A stretch of DNA of 63,396 bases, filler included, from Cercozoa sp. M6MM (GCA_040357565.1; 12 parts of 12 records of this genome joined end to end with filler, not necessarily neighbours in it), one strand, 5' to 3'; positions 1 through 13,126 are shown, counted from the first letter of the whole stretch. The notes: a model not told the origin generated them from the letters alone. Translations and numbers: made by a program.

Positions 1-534
1 CGAGCAGGGACATAGCTACCCGAACTTTCTGCACTCGGGCAAGTTGGCGTCGGTGCTGCAGCGCTCGATCTCGGAGGCGCACGTGCTGAGCAGCGGCACT
101 GAGCGGCCACTGCGCATGCGCTCGCTGCCGAGTACTCCGGGCGGATCGCATCCGCGCGGACCGTCGGCTGTGATGCCGCCGCACCAGTCGGACCAGGCGA
201 GGTACCTTGACTGTACCCAATCTGTACTGTACCCAATATACACCCAATCTGTACTGTACCCAATCTGTACTGTACCCAATATATACTGTACCCAATATAC
301 ACCCAGTTTGATTGTACCCAATATATACTGTACCCAATCTGTACTGTACCCAGTCTGTACTGTACCCAGTCTTTACCCAGTTCAAAGCTAGCTATCCACC
401 TGGTCAGTAGGATACTCAGTGTCATGCTCCGCGTGGAGGAGCGACTGAAGCGACTCGAGGAGCGGCAGGCCGACGTGCGCGAGCAGCTGGACTCGCTCAC
501 GCAGCTGCAGCACGACGCCGCGCACTCCGACTGA
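1..534 (+). CDS. 3' fragment of a hypothetical protein with a C-terminal coiled coil
   Basis: Exon ...PPHQSDQAR, a GT-AG intron (~202-410) filled with a TGTACCCAAT repeat, then ILSVMLRVEERLKRLEERQADVREQLDSLTQLQHDAAHSD* ending at 534. Confidence 0.5.
210..380 (+). repeat. Intronic minisatellite (TGTACCCAATCTGTAC-like units)
   Basis: Directly visible tandem repeat inside the intron. Confidence 0.9.
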
Positions 535-1092
535 CCCAACTGCGTCTGTTCCTCGCCTCCCTCTTTCGCTTTCGTCTCGTTTTATTTTATGCCAGTCTTC
601 GCTTATTATTCACGCAAGTGACTTGAAGTAAGGTAGAACTGTTGGGACACGGAAGCTTTATTTCAGAGAACGACAAAAATACAGGAATACCCCATTCCCC
701 GCCCCTACTTACTCTTCTACTCCACCCCCTCCCCTGTAGTGAAGAAAGGAACAAGTTCAAGACTGAATCGGAGCAAGCTTCTGCGACACCTTTGTGATCA
801 ACAAGCAGACATATGCATGTACAGCCGAGGGGGTACAAATTCGAGCCCCCAAAACACTCGCCAGATACTGTATCTGATACAGTAAGAGGGCTCCAGTGGT
901 TTTCTTGAAGCGGTTTCGCGCTGCTCGCAAGCTTCGCTGAGATACTAGCGAATGTACACTTTCTCCGGCATCGCATGCATAAGCATTTGATAGACGGACA
1001 GCACTGAAAAAAGAAATTTAAAAAGTAAGTGGACGAGCGCTCAGCCATAGTACTTTAACGCTTGGTGCACTATTTCAAACTGCATGTGATAA

Positions 1093-1389
1093 ATGAAGGG
1101 CAACAGGAGCGACAATGAAGTTGTTGAGATGGGGTGCGCTTCGATTTTGTCATGGTGTTTGTGCACTGCGACCCTATTGTGTGTGGGACAGGTGGCTTGC
1201 ATGGCTTGAAGATCAAATCGGCGGCTTTAGCGGCCAAGAACAGTTCAAGCGGGCTGGCGCTTTGCTCATGCTGGGTACCTTCGTAGGCGTAGAGGAGACG
1301 CACAGGAGCCGCTTCTTGGCGGAAGCGTTATATGAATTGTCTGAAATGTCCATCGACTGGTCCGGAATAATGTTTATCGGTACGGCGCA

Positions 1390-1438
<49 letters not shown>

Positions 1439-1538
1439 NNNNNNNNNNNNNNNNNNNNNNNNNNNNNNNNNNNNNNNNNNNNNNNNNNNNNNNNNNNNNN
1501 NNNNNNNNNNNNNNNNNNNNNNNNNNNNNNNNNNNNNN

Positions 1539-1586
<48 letters not shown>

Positions 1587-4342
1587 CTTGCGTTTCCTGA
1601 TTGTTGTGACTTGCAGGGCCGAGAGTCGTAACACCGGCGCGGCGCTTTCTGCAACATCTGTGCTGCAACACTCGCAAGCACTTGTTGCGCTCGAACGGGC
1701 TTGACGCGCCCGAGGAGGCACTGAAGAACGGTTTACTCATTTCGCAAGAGTGCAACGAAGCCGTTATTTGGTCCCTGTTGCCGTCGATCGCTTACGTGCT
1801 TCAATATGAGGAAGGTGCTGCGACCTTGGCGGTACAGGGGCCGCTCGAGTTTTGTACTCGCACCATCGCGGACTGGCCGGTTGACAAAGTACTTCACCTC
1901 CTCGAACAATGGACAAGGGGGTGTTGCATTGTCTGTGTTTGATTTTTGTGTTTCTGTAGTTGATCGGGTTTATTCCGCTGCTGGTGGTGTTGGGCATGCC
2001 ACTGTATTTCGACGAAACGTCGCAACCTCACTTAAAAGCACTGTGGCAACGACCGGAAGTTCAGCCTCTGGTGCACCACTGCTGGATACTCATGTCGCGC
2101 GTCCAACACGAGCACATCGATTTGTCTACGCTGCCACGAATGCTGATGCAGACGCACTTGGCACTCTACGAAAGTACCACACAGAATCTTTCAATGGATT
2201 ATCTCCGGTGCAAACAATATGTATGCCTGATTTTGCCGCTAACGGTAGATGCGGCGGGCAAGTGCTTTGAGATCTTACGTTCGATTGACGACGCTGAGGT
2301 AGGAGTGTATGTCTGCGTGTATTCGAATTATTCCTCTATGTGTATGTATGTGTGTCTGTCTGTATGTATGTATATGTATGTATGTGTGTATGTGTGTTTG
2401 AGCAGCAGTGCCGTAGATTGCTGGTGTGCTGTCGCGAGTTCTGCGGGGATTTCTGGGCTATGTGTCGCTTCATCGGAAGATATGTGCATGCCATCGGTTT
2501 GCGACACGCACTGGCCGATCTGCACCGTCCTCTGTATTTTTGACATATAAATGCCATTTTGGTTTCCTGTATGTGCGTTACTCTTCTTCTCTCGTATTTA
2601 CAGAGAAGAAAGGGCCGATATCAAGGCGCGACTCATTCGGGAAGTGTTCTCGGACCTGGCACTGGAAGTGCTTGGCCAGTGTGGCCCTCTCGTCGCAAGA
2701 CCCGTGAGTAAATTCTCCGACAAGATCCGATCGATCGTTTCAAGAGCAAAATTTGCCCTCTCGTGTCTTGATCAAGGCGTAGGCTCTGTCAACCTCCTCT
2801 TCCCCCGAATTCTCTGTGCATACATCTTGTGTCACAAAACTAGGTCATTGACGTGCACGACTTGCCCTTCTTGAGTGACTTTTCACTAAGTTTTTGTAAA
2901 TTCTTGCCGAACCTTTCGGACGTTGAGATCGACCGAGTGCTGACGCGAATGCAGTCGATCGTGTCGCTTGTGTTTTCAACGTATACTCCTCCCTGTCTGT
3001 AGGGCGTGAAAACTATTGTACAATGAATTATTTCACTTTCTAGGCGTGCATGGTCCTATATTGAGGCGACTGCGAGTCACGACTTTTTCCTGCCGGAGGT
3101 GCTTTTATGGCCTTCTCGCGTGTTAACAGTTTCACATCTCTTTCCGCTTTCGCAGTCACGGTACCTGCCCGGATCTGTCTTTCAAGACTTTGTTAGCCGC
3201 AAGGACTTATCGGTATGCATCCACTCCCTTGATTTAACGCCGTTTGCCATCACAATGACAGTCGTATATATATATTTGTATACTATCGTACTCTCGTATC
3301 TGTATCTGTGTGCTGCTACAGGAATTTGAAACGCTGCGTGTCTTTTGGCGTACGGAGCCGACTCTTTCCTGTTTGCTCGTGGCTCCTAAGATTGGAACGT
3401 ATGCGTAGAGAGTGTTGAAGGCAGTCGACTTCAGAATGAAAGTCTCGTGTGGGTAGGCTTCACCGAGAAGTTAAAGCACCACACTCTTGAGGGAAAGTCT
3501 TGTTGTCTGACAGATGCCGCTACCCAAACAAGATCGTTCCAAGTGGAGCAGTTTTCAGCAGCGCATGTCTGACACTCACTCGGACCTGTGGCACGCGCGT
3601 CGCGACTCCTCGGTGTATGCATGGGTGCAAAATGACACTGCTGTGTTGACTTGTCCCTTCGAGTATTACCGGCGCAACTGGCTGCGACACATGCACGCCA
3701 TGTCGGCACTGCCTTATGATGAAGCACATGACTCCAGCGAACTCTCCTTCCTCACAGAGCTGTCCACCGCCAATCGTTGTGTCGCCACCTACCTTTCGCG
3801 AGCTCTGATCGAACGTTGCATTGTGCAGGTACCGCCACTTCTTGCTGTCTCTGGTGCTTTGCGGAGTTGTTTTTTAGAAAGAAGAAGTGACCGCCGACTG
3901 GTGCCTGCGTGTTGTTCATCGTGTATCGTTCTTGCTCTCTTCTTTGTTCAATTTGGGTTGACCGGTTGAAACGCTGTGCTTACTGAGTACAGGTGGTGCG
4001 AGGTCGTGCCACATCGCGCACTGCTCGAAAGCTTAACTTGGCTTTAAAGAAGGGCAAAATCAAGCTTCACGGGAAGCAGCCGATCCAAGAATTGGCTGTA
4101 TCATGCACTTTCCCTCTGTGCTCTATGTTTGGAGGGACAGCAACGCACCGCTGAGTTTAGACAGCAATCGACGCATCAATGTCGAAATCTATGGCTGCAC
4201 GGCACTACCAGGTGGCATTGAGCGCCAAGGAACGACCCTGGCGGTACGCCAATCTGGATCACGCCTTGCGGTGCGGTGTTCCCGTGGCAGCGGTGAATCT
4301 GGTACGATCGCCTCTGCGCGCAGACATTTCTTTCTACATCAG

Positions 4343-4428
<86 letters not shown>

Positions 4429-6377
4429 CGGAACAGATGCTGTCAGTTGCCAGGACACAGAACGAGCTGGTTCGAGCTGTGTCCTTCTTACGTGATACTT
4501 CGCGTGAGCGCTTCATGCAGCCGCTGGCACCTTGCATGCCGCTCGCCGAGTGGAAGTGGCTCGCCTGCGAATGCACAACTGAGCCAGCGCGTCTCCTGTG
4601 CTTTTTGGCGTGGCAACATCTGCACAACAATAGCGTCGACCTCAGTGCCTTTCTCGACGCGCCTCTGCCCGTGGATTCTCAAATATCGAACTCATTGTAA
4701 ATTTACCGTTTGCCTTCCGATTTCTCGTGTTTTTGTGTAAATAATCCTGCGTGTTCTGCTGCGTCAATTTAGCATAAGGTCACTTCGGTTCTCCAACTGG
4801 CACACGGGCGGGCGAGTTCCCGTGGCAGGAATCTACGACGGTCCGCACTATGCCGTACTGGTACCGACACGTGAGTACATCATCAAAGTTTGAAACATAA
4901 CTGATTGCTTTGACGGCCAGTGGTCGGTTCTGGCATCGTTTGTGCACCGACTCTCCGCGATCGCGTATCGAAACTTGGACAAGTCCAAAAATCCTTGGCA
5001 TCACGCACATGTGATGTTACGCGTCACTGCCTACACCGAACTGTGCGAGACTGCGTTTGGTGAAGACCGTGATGGCGTCTCGTCGCTGTTCCCGTTCGGC
5101 TTCTGTGCGACTGCTGATTCACCGGCTGGGAATCTCAAAGCTCGTACTGACGGCGTCGCCTCACGCCGCCTTGACTCTTTCCAAGGGTACTGAGACGAGG
5201 CTTTGTTTCTGTGGTCTCTTGGCTTTGTACGTGTGTTGCTTCTTTCTAAAACAGACCGCACGTTTGAGGTGCTCCGCTGTTTCGACAGTTTGCTGGCAGA
5301 GCTGCCGACTTGCGAGTTGTACGTCCCAGGCATGCCACTGTGTACAGTGCTGCGGTTTCTGTACGATGAGCATGCACAAAGCGTGCAAGTGGACCTCGAG
5401 GTAAGTCGACTGATGTTTGTGTCACCCTACGGAGTGTCAGAGCCAACTGAGGGTTTGAGTGCAGCAACTCGAGCAACAGTCGCACTACTTTCAGATGCGA
5501 CTGCGAGCTGTGCATCCGCTGTATTCGCTGGTGTGCCTGCGACTAGCGCTGTGCCACACGCATACGGCGATACTTGTTGCCTCTGTTGCTTGGCTGGCGT
5601 GCTCTCTGCGGCAAATGGAAAAGAAGGCAGCCGTTTTGCTTAAGTTGCGAATGGTAGCGTTCCTCTACTGTGTACGTATTTAAAGTATCGATGCTAGAAC
5701 TGTGATTGTGCACTGATGACTGGTACTGTACGGCACAGGCTTCTTTTCGACTTCGCAAAGTTATCCAGCAACTCATCGTACAGTGGCAGCAGCGCGTGAA
5801 TCGTACGCAAACCGACAGGCGTGACACCAGGATTTGGGACATTGACACTCGCACTGACTCTGGCTCTGGCTTTGGCTGTGCCGATGACAACAGTAGTGAC
5901 ACGGACAGTAGTCATACCGATGATACTGACACTGACACTGAAACCGACACTGACACCGACACCGACACCGACACTGACACTGATACCGGCACCGGCACCG
6001 ACACTGACACTGGCACCGGCACCGACACCGACATCGACACCGGCACTGACACGGACAATGCCGCGAAACACCACTGCTTCAATCAGTTTGATAAGGACGG
6101 TTCATGCTCGATTTGTCTCGACGACCCGTGCACCGATCCGGTCGTTCTCGTCGCGTGTTCTCATGTAAGTCTATATCGTTCTTCGATGCTAAGTTTTGAT
6201 TTTGGATATCACGCGTGCATTTCGGTCTTCCAGACGTTCTGTCGCGCCTGCATTTTGGACTGGGCAAGGCAGACGAACCAACGGTGTCCCATGTGCAACG
6301 CATCGTTGTTGCGAGGCGCGATTGATCGATTCGAAGTGCATGTGCCACTGTACAAGCCTGACGAAGACGCAGTCTAA
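1093..6377 (+). CDS. Large multi-exon protein with a D/T-rich linker and a C-terminal C3HC4 RING finger (putative E3 ligase)
   Basis: Exons chain in frame through GT-AG introns. RING reads CSIC..DPVVLVACSH|TFCRACILDW..RCPMC. The start codon is uncertain. Confidence 0.7.
5898..6056 (+). repeat. Coding hexamer repeat (GACACT/GACACC) encoding a DTDT/GTGT linker
   Basis: Visible tandem hexamers in frame just upstream of the RING. Confidence 0.85.
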
Positions 6378-6504
6378 AATCCGACCTGACCGTTGCGTGA
6401 TAAAGCAGCTCTCCCACACAAAGAAGGTCAGAAGCAATAGCCAGGTCACCAGGGACGATGCGGCTTCCTGTGAGGCGAGGCGCCACGCGCGCATCGTCGA
6501 GTGG

Positions 6505-7119
6505 ATGCCCCTCTGTCTCACGGTGAACCCGTTTACTTCTTCCGAGAAGATTGCCGGTCACGGAGGTGAAGTCTTGATCGACGCGGCCCGATTAGAAATA
6601 ACAACAGCGATAACTTCAAAACAAAAAAAAAACAACAGTTTTTTTAAAAGAAATAGGAATTTTCCTTGATCAGGTTAGACTGTACAGTATTTTAAACTTG
6701 CGTGCCGTTCTGAGCTCTGCCCATACATCTGTTTGCAGAACAACTCACTGACGATGCCGGTCGACTTTTTTTGCAACCTGGAAAAGGTTTGCCCCTCTCG
6801 ATTTGTTGTTTTGACTTACAGCCCAGTGCTCGACATTTATAAATGTGGATGTATTGTATTGTAGATCATCGCGCTGGCGACAACCGTCACGCAGAACCCG
6901 ACTGGCACTACCGTTGGGACACTCAAGATCCTCAAGGACTTTGCAACCTGGGCACCTTCCCAGCTCCCGAACCTCGAAATCGACATTACGCTGCAGCTGG
7001 CGCTGCAGGCACTTTTCCTTCTCAAGAAGGGCAATGCGGCGTGCTACCAGGTCTGTCCGCGCATCGTGAAGGAGGCAGTTGACAACTTGGTCGCGCGCAT
7101 GCCGATCGCCTCGGTGTAA
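6505..7119 (+). CDS. Four-exon hypothetical ORF (separate small gene, or a +1-frame extension of the RING gene)
   Basis: Exons 6505-6565, 6657-6673, 6739-6786 and 6865-7119 join in frame through GT-AG: ...EKIAGHG|GIFLDQ|NNSLTMPVDFFCNLEK|IIALATT...MPIASV*. Confidence 0.55.
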
Positions 7120-7469
7120 GTCTAATTGACTGCGAGCGAGGTTTAACTTCCCGTTAGTACTGGTTAGTAGAAAGAGACTCACTACTAGACTTCCAAGTGA
7201 TTACTAAACGTCTAAACGTATACTGGATACGCACTCCTTGCGCGCTGCGTCCGACTCTGTGCGTGCGCGAGTAACGGGCGGGGGGGGGGGGGGGCGGCTA
7301 ACCAAGAGGCACAGTTGTTGTTCTCAATCAATTACTATCTCGTCTATCACTCATGGCACGCTACATACGATACTCACGCGTCTGATGTTGCAAGTTACTG
7401 TCCTAGCTTTGTACAATCACTGTCTAGCATGCATGCGATGCGATATATGAGCGTGTCAATAAGTCTTAA

Positions 7470-7881
7470 TCACTCGCGTTTGCGGCCTGCGCCAACCGGC
7501 AGCAGAGCGTCCAGCAGCGTGCTGCAGAAAGAACCGAAATCAGAGGACAACAACATAAAAGAAAACCAAAGAATCAGAGGACACAGACAAATACAGTTCA
7601 AATACGACAATACACAAAAGAAAGAAAGAAACAAAGCAATCAAACACCACACAAAATAAAAGAAGGAAATGAGGCCGAGTGTACCGAAACTGTTGTCGAA
7701 AAAGTCGCGACGCGAAACGCTGCGTCGACTCTTTCGCCTGGCCTCTCTGTGCACACATTGCTCCCTCTTTACCCCCCTCTTTACCCCCCCCCTTTACCCT
7801 CCTCTCTAGGCCCCCTGATACCATAGCTTCGAGTTCGTCCTCGGACATTTCGGCAAAGATTTTGTGGAACGTCGCCGCGTA
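7470..7881 (-). CDS. C-terminal fragment of an ALG11-like GT4 mannosyltransferase
   Basis: Spliced YAATFHKIFAEMSEDELEAM|RGQAKESTQRFASRLFRQQF|...GRKRE* resembles the ALG11 C-terminal helix region. Truncated at the contig edge. Confidence 0.45.
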
Positions 7882-7945
7882 CTACCAGGGGGGGTAAACA
7901 GGGGGTAAACAGGGGGGTTAACAGGTGGGTAAATAGGGGTAAACA

Positions 7946-8045
7946 NNNNNNNNNNNNNNNNNNNNNNNNNNNNNNNNNNNNNNNNNNNNTTAATTAATTA
8001 ANNNNNNNNNNNNNNNNNNNNNNNNNNNNNNNNNNNNNNNNNNNN
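7946..8045. other. Artificial contig linker N-TTAATTAATTAA-N (first of 11)
   Basis: The identical 12-mer, with stops in all six frames, sits inside N runs at 7990, 18709, 22883, 29538, 37229, 41711, 47807, 51202, 54469, 58235 and 62335. Confidence 0.98.
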
Positions 8046-8127
8046 ACACACACACACACACACACACACACGCACGCACACACACACACACACACACACA
8101 CAGTACATTATGTGTGTTCGCGTACAG

Positions 8128-9256
8128 TGCAAAGCGTGCCGAGGAGGAGTGCGTTCACTGCTGAAAACTATTGACTTTCGTACCCTTGGGCACTTTTGTT
8201 TTTGTGCCTGTGTGCAGGAGAATTCGCAAGGAAGAGGAGCGACGACAAAGAATTGCGGCTGAGCAAGAGGTGTGTTGTCTCTGTTAAGAGGAGAGTGTAG
8301 AGCTTGATCGTTCGTTTCTTGAGCAGAGGCTTCGTGAGATGATGCGCGAACAGCAGCGACTGCGAGAAGAGCAGGAACGTCGAAGAGTAAGTCTCTCTGT
8401 ACCCATTTGCGTTGTGTTCATGTTTGTGTGGGTGTGATATGTCCATGTTAATTCACAGAGAGAGCAGCAACAGCAGCAACATCAGCAGCAACACCAGCGC
8501 CAGCAGCAGGTATTCTACCGTGTCATGTGTAATCTGTGCCATGCCAAACACGTGCAGCGATCGAACGAGCAGTTTCGGGCACAGAACGACGATTTCTGGC
8601 GCAGGTTCTGCGAAAACGCCCAGCGCTCGCACGCTGCGAGCTCGTACGTATGTTTTTCCCTTCTGCTTTTACTCAATGCGGTGTTGAATTTGTGACTCTT
8701 TGTCGGAACTTTGCAGAAGCCGCAGGACTGGGACGCAGTCTGCGCCAAGAACTTCCGCGAACAGGAGCTTCATTGGAAAGAGCTCGAGGCGGTATGCACA
8801 GCTTATACTTACTATGCTCAGCCATGTATGTATGTAATATCGCTTATAATATGCTGTGCAGAGGCAAGAGAAAGGTCTCACTATCACACGAAACCATGTG
8901 GAGGAGGCACTGCCACAGGCGATGGTACGCTGGCAAGACTCTGTCTTCTCTGCCCTGTAGCTTTTTTTTTGAGTGTAGCGGAATGGCCCGCTGGACTCAC
9001 ATGTCAGCATGCTTTGCCTGCCATACAACGCTCCGCTTCAAGAGCGCAAACGACGCTTCCGTGTGCTCATCATGCGCTGCCATCCCGATCGGTGTCTGTT
9101 CTTTGTTTCGTGTGTGTTGGTTTGTCCGGTATTTCATGTTATGTCAACAGATTCATGTCGCGCTTTGGCCCGCTGGTGGACGATCTAGACCGTGGCGAGG
9201 TCGCCACGATGATCACATTCACGTCGCAGGCGCTCAACGCGGAGAAACCCACCTAA
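8128..9256 (+). CDS. 3' part of an NFKBIL1-like protein (Q/E/R coiled coil plus an HPD-containing J-like C-terminus)
   Basis: Spliced C-terminus RKRRFRVLIMRCHPDR|FMSRFGPLVDDLDRGEVATMITFTSQALN matches the NFKBIL1 pattern RWHPDRF...SQALN. Confidence 0.6.
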
Positions 9257-9423
9257 TTTTTCAACCAGTTGTCGGTTCAAGCTTCAGTAAAACAAGCTTA
9301 GTAAAACAAGCTGAAACGCGTTGAGCGGCGTCGGTTGCGTGGATGAGTACAGTGTTGGATCTTGATGCTCGGTAAGATCAAGTTGGAAGCGGTATGCACC
9401 TTGGTCAAGACGAGTTATATTAG

Positions 9424-12400
9424 GTGGTCAACGATCGCTCATGTGATCGCACTGACCGCCGAAAGACGTCATTCTGGCCGCAAGCTATTGTTGTAAGAGT
9501 GAGTTCCGCTACTGGAAAAGCTCGGGTGTCACTCATTGTGTCCTAGAGTCATTGTCGCCGGTTGCGCAAATATCTCCTTTTCAGTTTTGCGCGTATCAAT
9601 CGCCTCCTGCAAGTAAAACCTGATGGTAATTGTCTCGCACGCCGAGCTGCGTCGAGATCGCAGCAACTTACCGGCACTGTGCGATGGTACAGCGACCTTT
9701 GCTCCTAGTTTTTTGGGAAATATTGATTTGGTCTGGTCGGGGGTCAGTGCTGGGCAGCAAGTTTTCCAAACACGCAAAAACGAAGTGGGAAAGCCCAACC
9801 CCGTACTCTCACTACTTGAAGGTGCACCATGCCTGTAATATCGTCGGTCTTGTTGTTGCAGTGAACAGCTGAGTGCTACCTTGATCATTGTGCTTGATGG
9901 CGTCTTGCGCGAAGCTCCTTCGGCTCGCGAGAAGTTGGTATCAGGCACATAGCATGCACTACCCCTCAATGTAAACTGCACATGCATCAGGCCTTTACGT
10001 CGATGCGTCCAAATGATATGCTGATATACGCGTCGCACGCGGAACTTCCTGCGTGGGTCTCCAAGCTGTTCGAAGAACACGCACTTGTACCATTCCCTAC
10101 GTAAGCATTGCTGTTGATGCGAAGGTCAAAAGCACGTTTCGCTGGTCAGAACGATGGTGCGTTGGGAGTGCTGCACCGTCTGTGCGACAGTCTGGCCGAC
10201 CTTCCTGCCGATCAGTGTCAGGGGTCAGCTTACATTCAGTTTCTAAACAGATACAGACCGGAAGAGTCTGTGTTACTGTCCTTTGTTTTACTGTAGCATT
10301 GACGCTCGTTGCCTGGCAGGAATGGTCTTCTTTCTTTATCTTTGCGTCGCAGGGTACCAATATTCATTAGTATCAGTCTTCAATATAACACACTAGTTGT
10401 GATGCTTGTTGACTGGGCAGAAAGGACGTCAATTGTCGCGAGCTGACCAACCACATGCGACAGCAGTACGACACGCACCCGAAGCCTGAGCCACTCGGTG
10501 TTTTCGATTTACAAAGTATCGACTTTCAAGTTTTACAGCTTAATTGCAGACATGTTGAACCGACCAAAGTTGTCGTTCTCGTCGTTCTTTGCATTCGCTC
10601 CGATTGAGTGTCGTGGAGTCGCATTGAAGGTAGTCGTCATTCTCTAGTCGATCTTTGGTTTGTGTTTTCGATTTTTTATTTGTCTTTTCACGCAGTTGTG
10701 GATGGACGCGCTGGAGAGGCCGAAATTCGCCGAGTTGATGTGGCAAGAGACTTGTCCACTTGCAGTCAACAACAGCAACAGTACCTTCTCTGTATCCACC
10801 TTTTTTATACCTTCACTTAGAAGTAAAGATGTAATTATGTAAGTTATGTATGTATGTATGGTTCTAGAGCACACGAACTTCCTCTACGCGTTGCGCGAAC
10901 TCACGCGCGATGCCTCCGCTTCTGCCGCAGAGGCGGCAGTTCAGTCGGCGGTACTTAGGCCTAACAAATGTGTGTCTATGTCTGTGTCTGTGTGTCTGTA
11001 TATGGGTCATGTGAGATGTACAGGCGCGCTACTTGAGTCGGAAGAAGCACAAAGTTACCGTGCGAGAGTTGCACTTGTGGTCGCCGCGTGTGCTTCGCAT
11101 GCTGTTGGGGCAGTAGGCTAGTATATACATTTACTGTATCCTGAATTTCTCATTTGTGTTGTGTCAATGTGTAGCACATTCGTGATGCCGCTCGATGCAG
11201 TTGAGGTGGCACAACTTGCCATGTCGCACTCGCATACACACGGCACCTTTGTGCGCACGCTGCTGGACAGTTCGCAATCTTGGTGGCAGTCACCAGTCGG
11301 TGCGACAATGCTTTCGCACTGCTGTATCTCATGCATCCAGTTTAATGTGATAAAATGGTACTCAGACGACTGCGAAAGCAGCATTGAACTGGATGCATAC
11401 CAGTTGCAGACGACGCAGCAGTCGGACCTGTCCCTAGTAGTCAACACATTGCGGAAGGTGCGCTCGCTCGTGTTGGGTAACTGCAACACACGTGGCTCGG
11501 TGTCTGGACTTTTGTAGGTGTTGTTGTTGCTGTTGTTTGACAGCCGAAGGAGTCGGTGAGATCGATGCGTTACTGCGTCGCTCAGTGGAACGCTCGTGCC
11601 ACGCGACGTGGACAGCCGTTCTGGCAGCACAGCAGGCCACGGTAACTCTTGCTGTTTTCTGTACCTCTGGATGGGCAGCCGAACTGGTCAGTTGCACTGG
11701 ACTTTGTGTGCACAGTCGAAACAACTCGTGAGTCAGGAGCAAGTGACGGAAGTGCAGCAAGCCGTGCTGACAGTGTGTGTGCAATGCCTGAGGTGCGTTT
11801 AGATCGTTGGTTTTCTTACTCATCGACATTTTCAATGTTCGCGCAGTCATGACAATCCAGACGAGGTCGCTTCGTCGGCGCAGATTTACCAGAACGAGTT
11901 TGTCGGTACGCTGACTGTTATGAGTAAGCACGAACGAGCTTTCGCTGAATGTTGCACAGCAGCCAAGAGCGACGACGCACTTTCAGAGGTCGTTCTGCCA
12001 GTGTCGCAACTCGTGGCGCATATTCACGGAACGATCATGGAAGAACAGTCAGGTGTGTGGATTCACTGGTAGTGTGTGGGTGTGCAATACCTGAGCTGGT
12101 GTGTGCTGACTTTGCATATTGTAGGTACCTCCAAGATGCTTGGCCCTGCCTCTGCGTTGATGCAACTGCTCGAGTCACGTCCGAAGGATGTCTTTGCTGA
12201 AGTCAACCGGTACACATATACGGTTTAAATTATTATCGATGCGCTTAAGGCACTTGGTGTCGAGTGTAGCATGCTTGTGGAGGCGGTGCAACAGGCACGA
12301 CCTAAGGTAAGCCGGGTGCGTATCGAAGGTGCCACCGGACCTGTCGTCTGTGCTAAGGTATTTTGTATTGCTACAATTAAAACTTGTTCTTTTTAGAATG

Positions 12401-12517
12401 AAACTTACAACTTGCAGGGCCTGCTGTCGCGCATGCGGAATCGATTGGGTTCGCCACGCAACTCAAAGTCCAGTCGCGCAACAACTGCGTACGTTTGTGC
12501 TTTTAAGAACTGTGTAG
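9424..12517 (+). CDS. Multi-exon hypothetical protein (helical; no recognised family)
   Basis: Many exon-like segments bounded by GT-AG, e.g. LWMDALERPKFAELMWQETCPL and HTNFLYALRELTRD. Both ends are approximate. Confidence 0.45.
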
Positions 12518-13126
12518 CTTGGAGTGTCATTAAACCTGTGGTTTTGCTGCGTTCGTAGTGATGCTCCGCCCAGTCGGCAGCGAAGCAGAACTTTCAGTTT
12601 CATCTGAGAAACTGCTGGCTAATTGCGGGTGAGTCCGATCGAATCTAAGCCTAATGGACTCGGGTCTCGGAAAAATTCGATTGAATTCTCGCACTTGGAC
12701 TGCCGGCCCGCTCTGCATGGCAACCATTTCGTACGCGTTGGATAGTTTTGCGTTGGTTATACTATCGTATCATTGCACTGTCGTCACTTGATAGTTCGGA
12801 CACGTGCACAATACCCCTCCCCGACTAGGAAGGTTGCGGTACTACACACGAGCCAAGAGCATCTTTTGATATGCGGGCTGACGTGCAAAAACCGGCGAAA
12901 GTCTCCCAAGCTGAGATAGCTTTAGTAGTTTGAAAGTTTTCGTTCACTTCACAACACGCAACGCTGCGGCATACGCACGCACACACAGACGCACCAACAT
13001 GAGCCGGGCAGCAGAGACCCACACAATGATCAAGCCTCTCGCAAACCGTGTGCACTTAAGTTTGCGTCATTGAGCAGACCGGTATGAAGACCAACAGAGC
13101 AGAGCGACTCGCGAGAACGAAGACAC

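Noticed and set aside
587-1048. 153-aa minus-strand ORF
   Set aside because: No recognisable motif. The region may hold upstream exons or the promoter of the RING gene.
1393-1704. Many CVCVCV / HTHTHT ORFs in the track
   Set aside because: Translations of intronic (TG)n microsatellites and N gaps.
5187-5254. Apparent in-frame TGA readthrough between ORFs 4942-5193 and 5203-5643
   Set aside because: The TGA lies inside a GTACTG...AAACAG intron. Conserved genes end in all three standard stops.
7990-8001. TTAATTAATTAA palindrome repeated 11 times
   Set aside because: Always embedded in fixed-length N runs, so it is an artificial concatenation linker.
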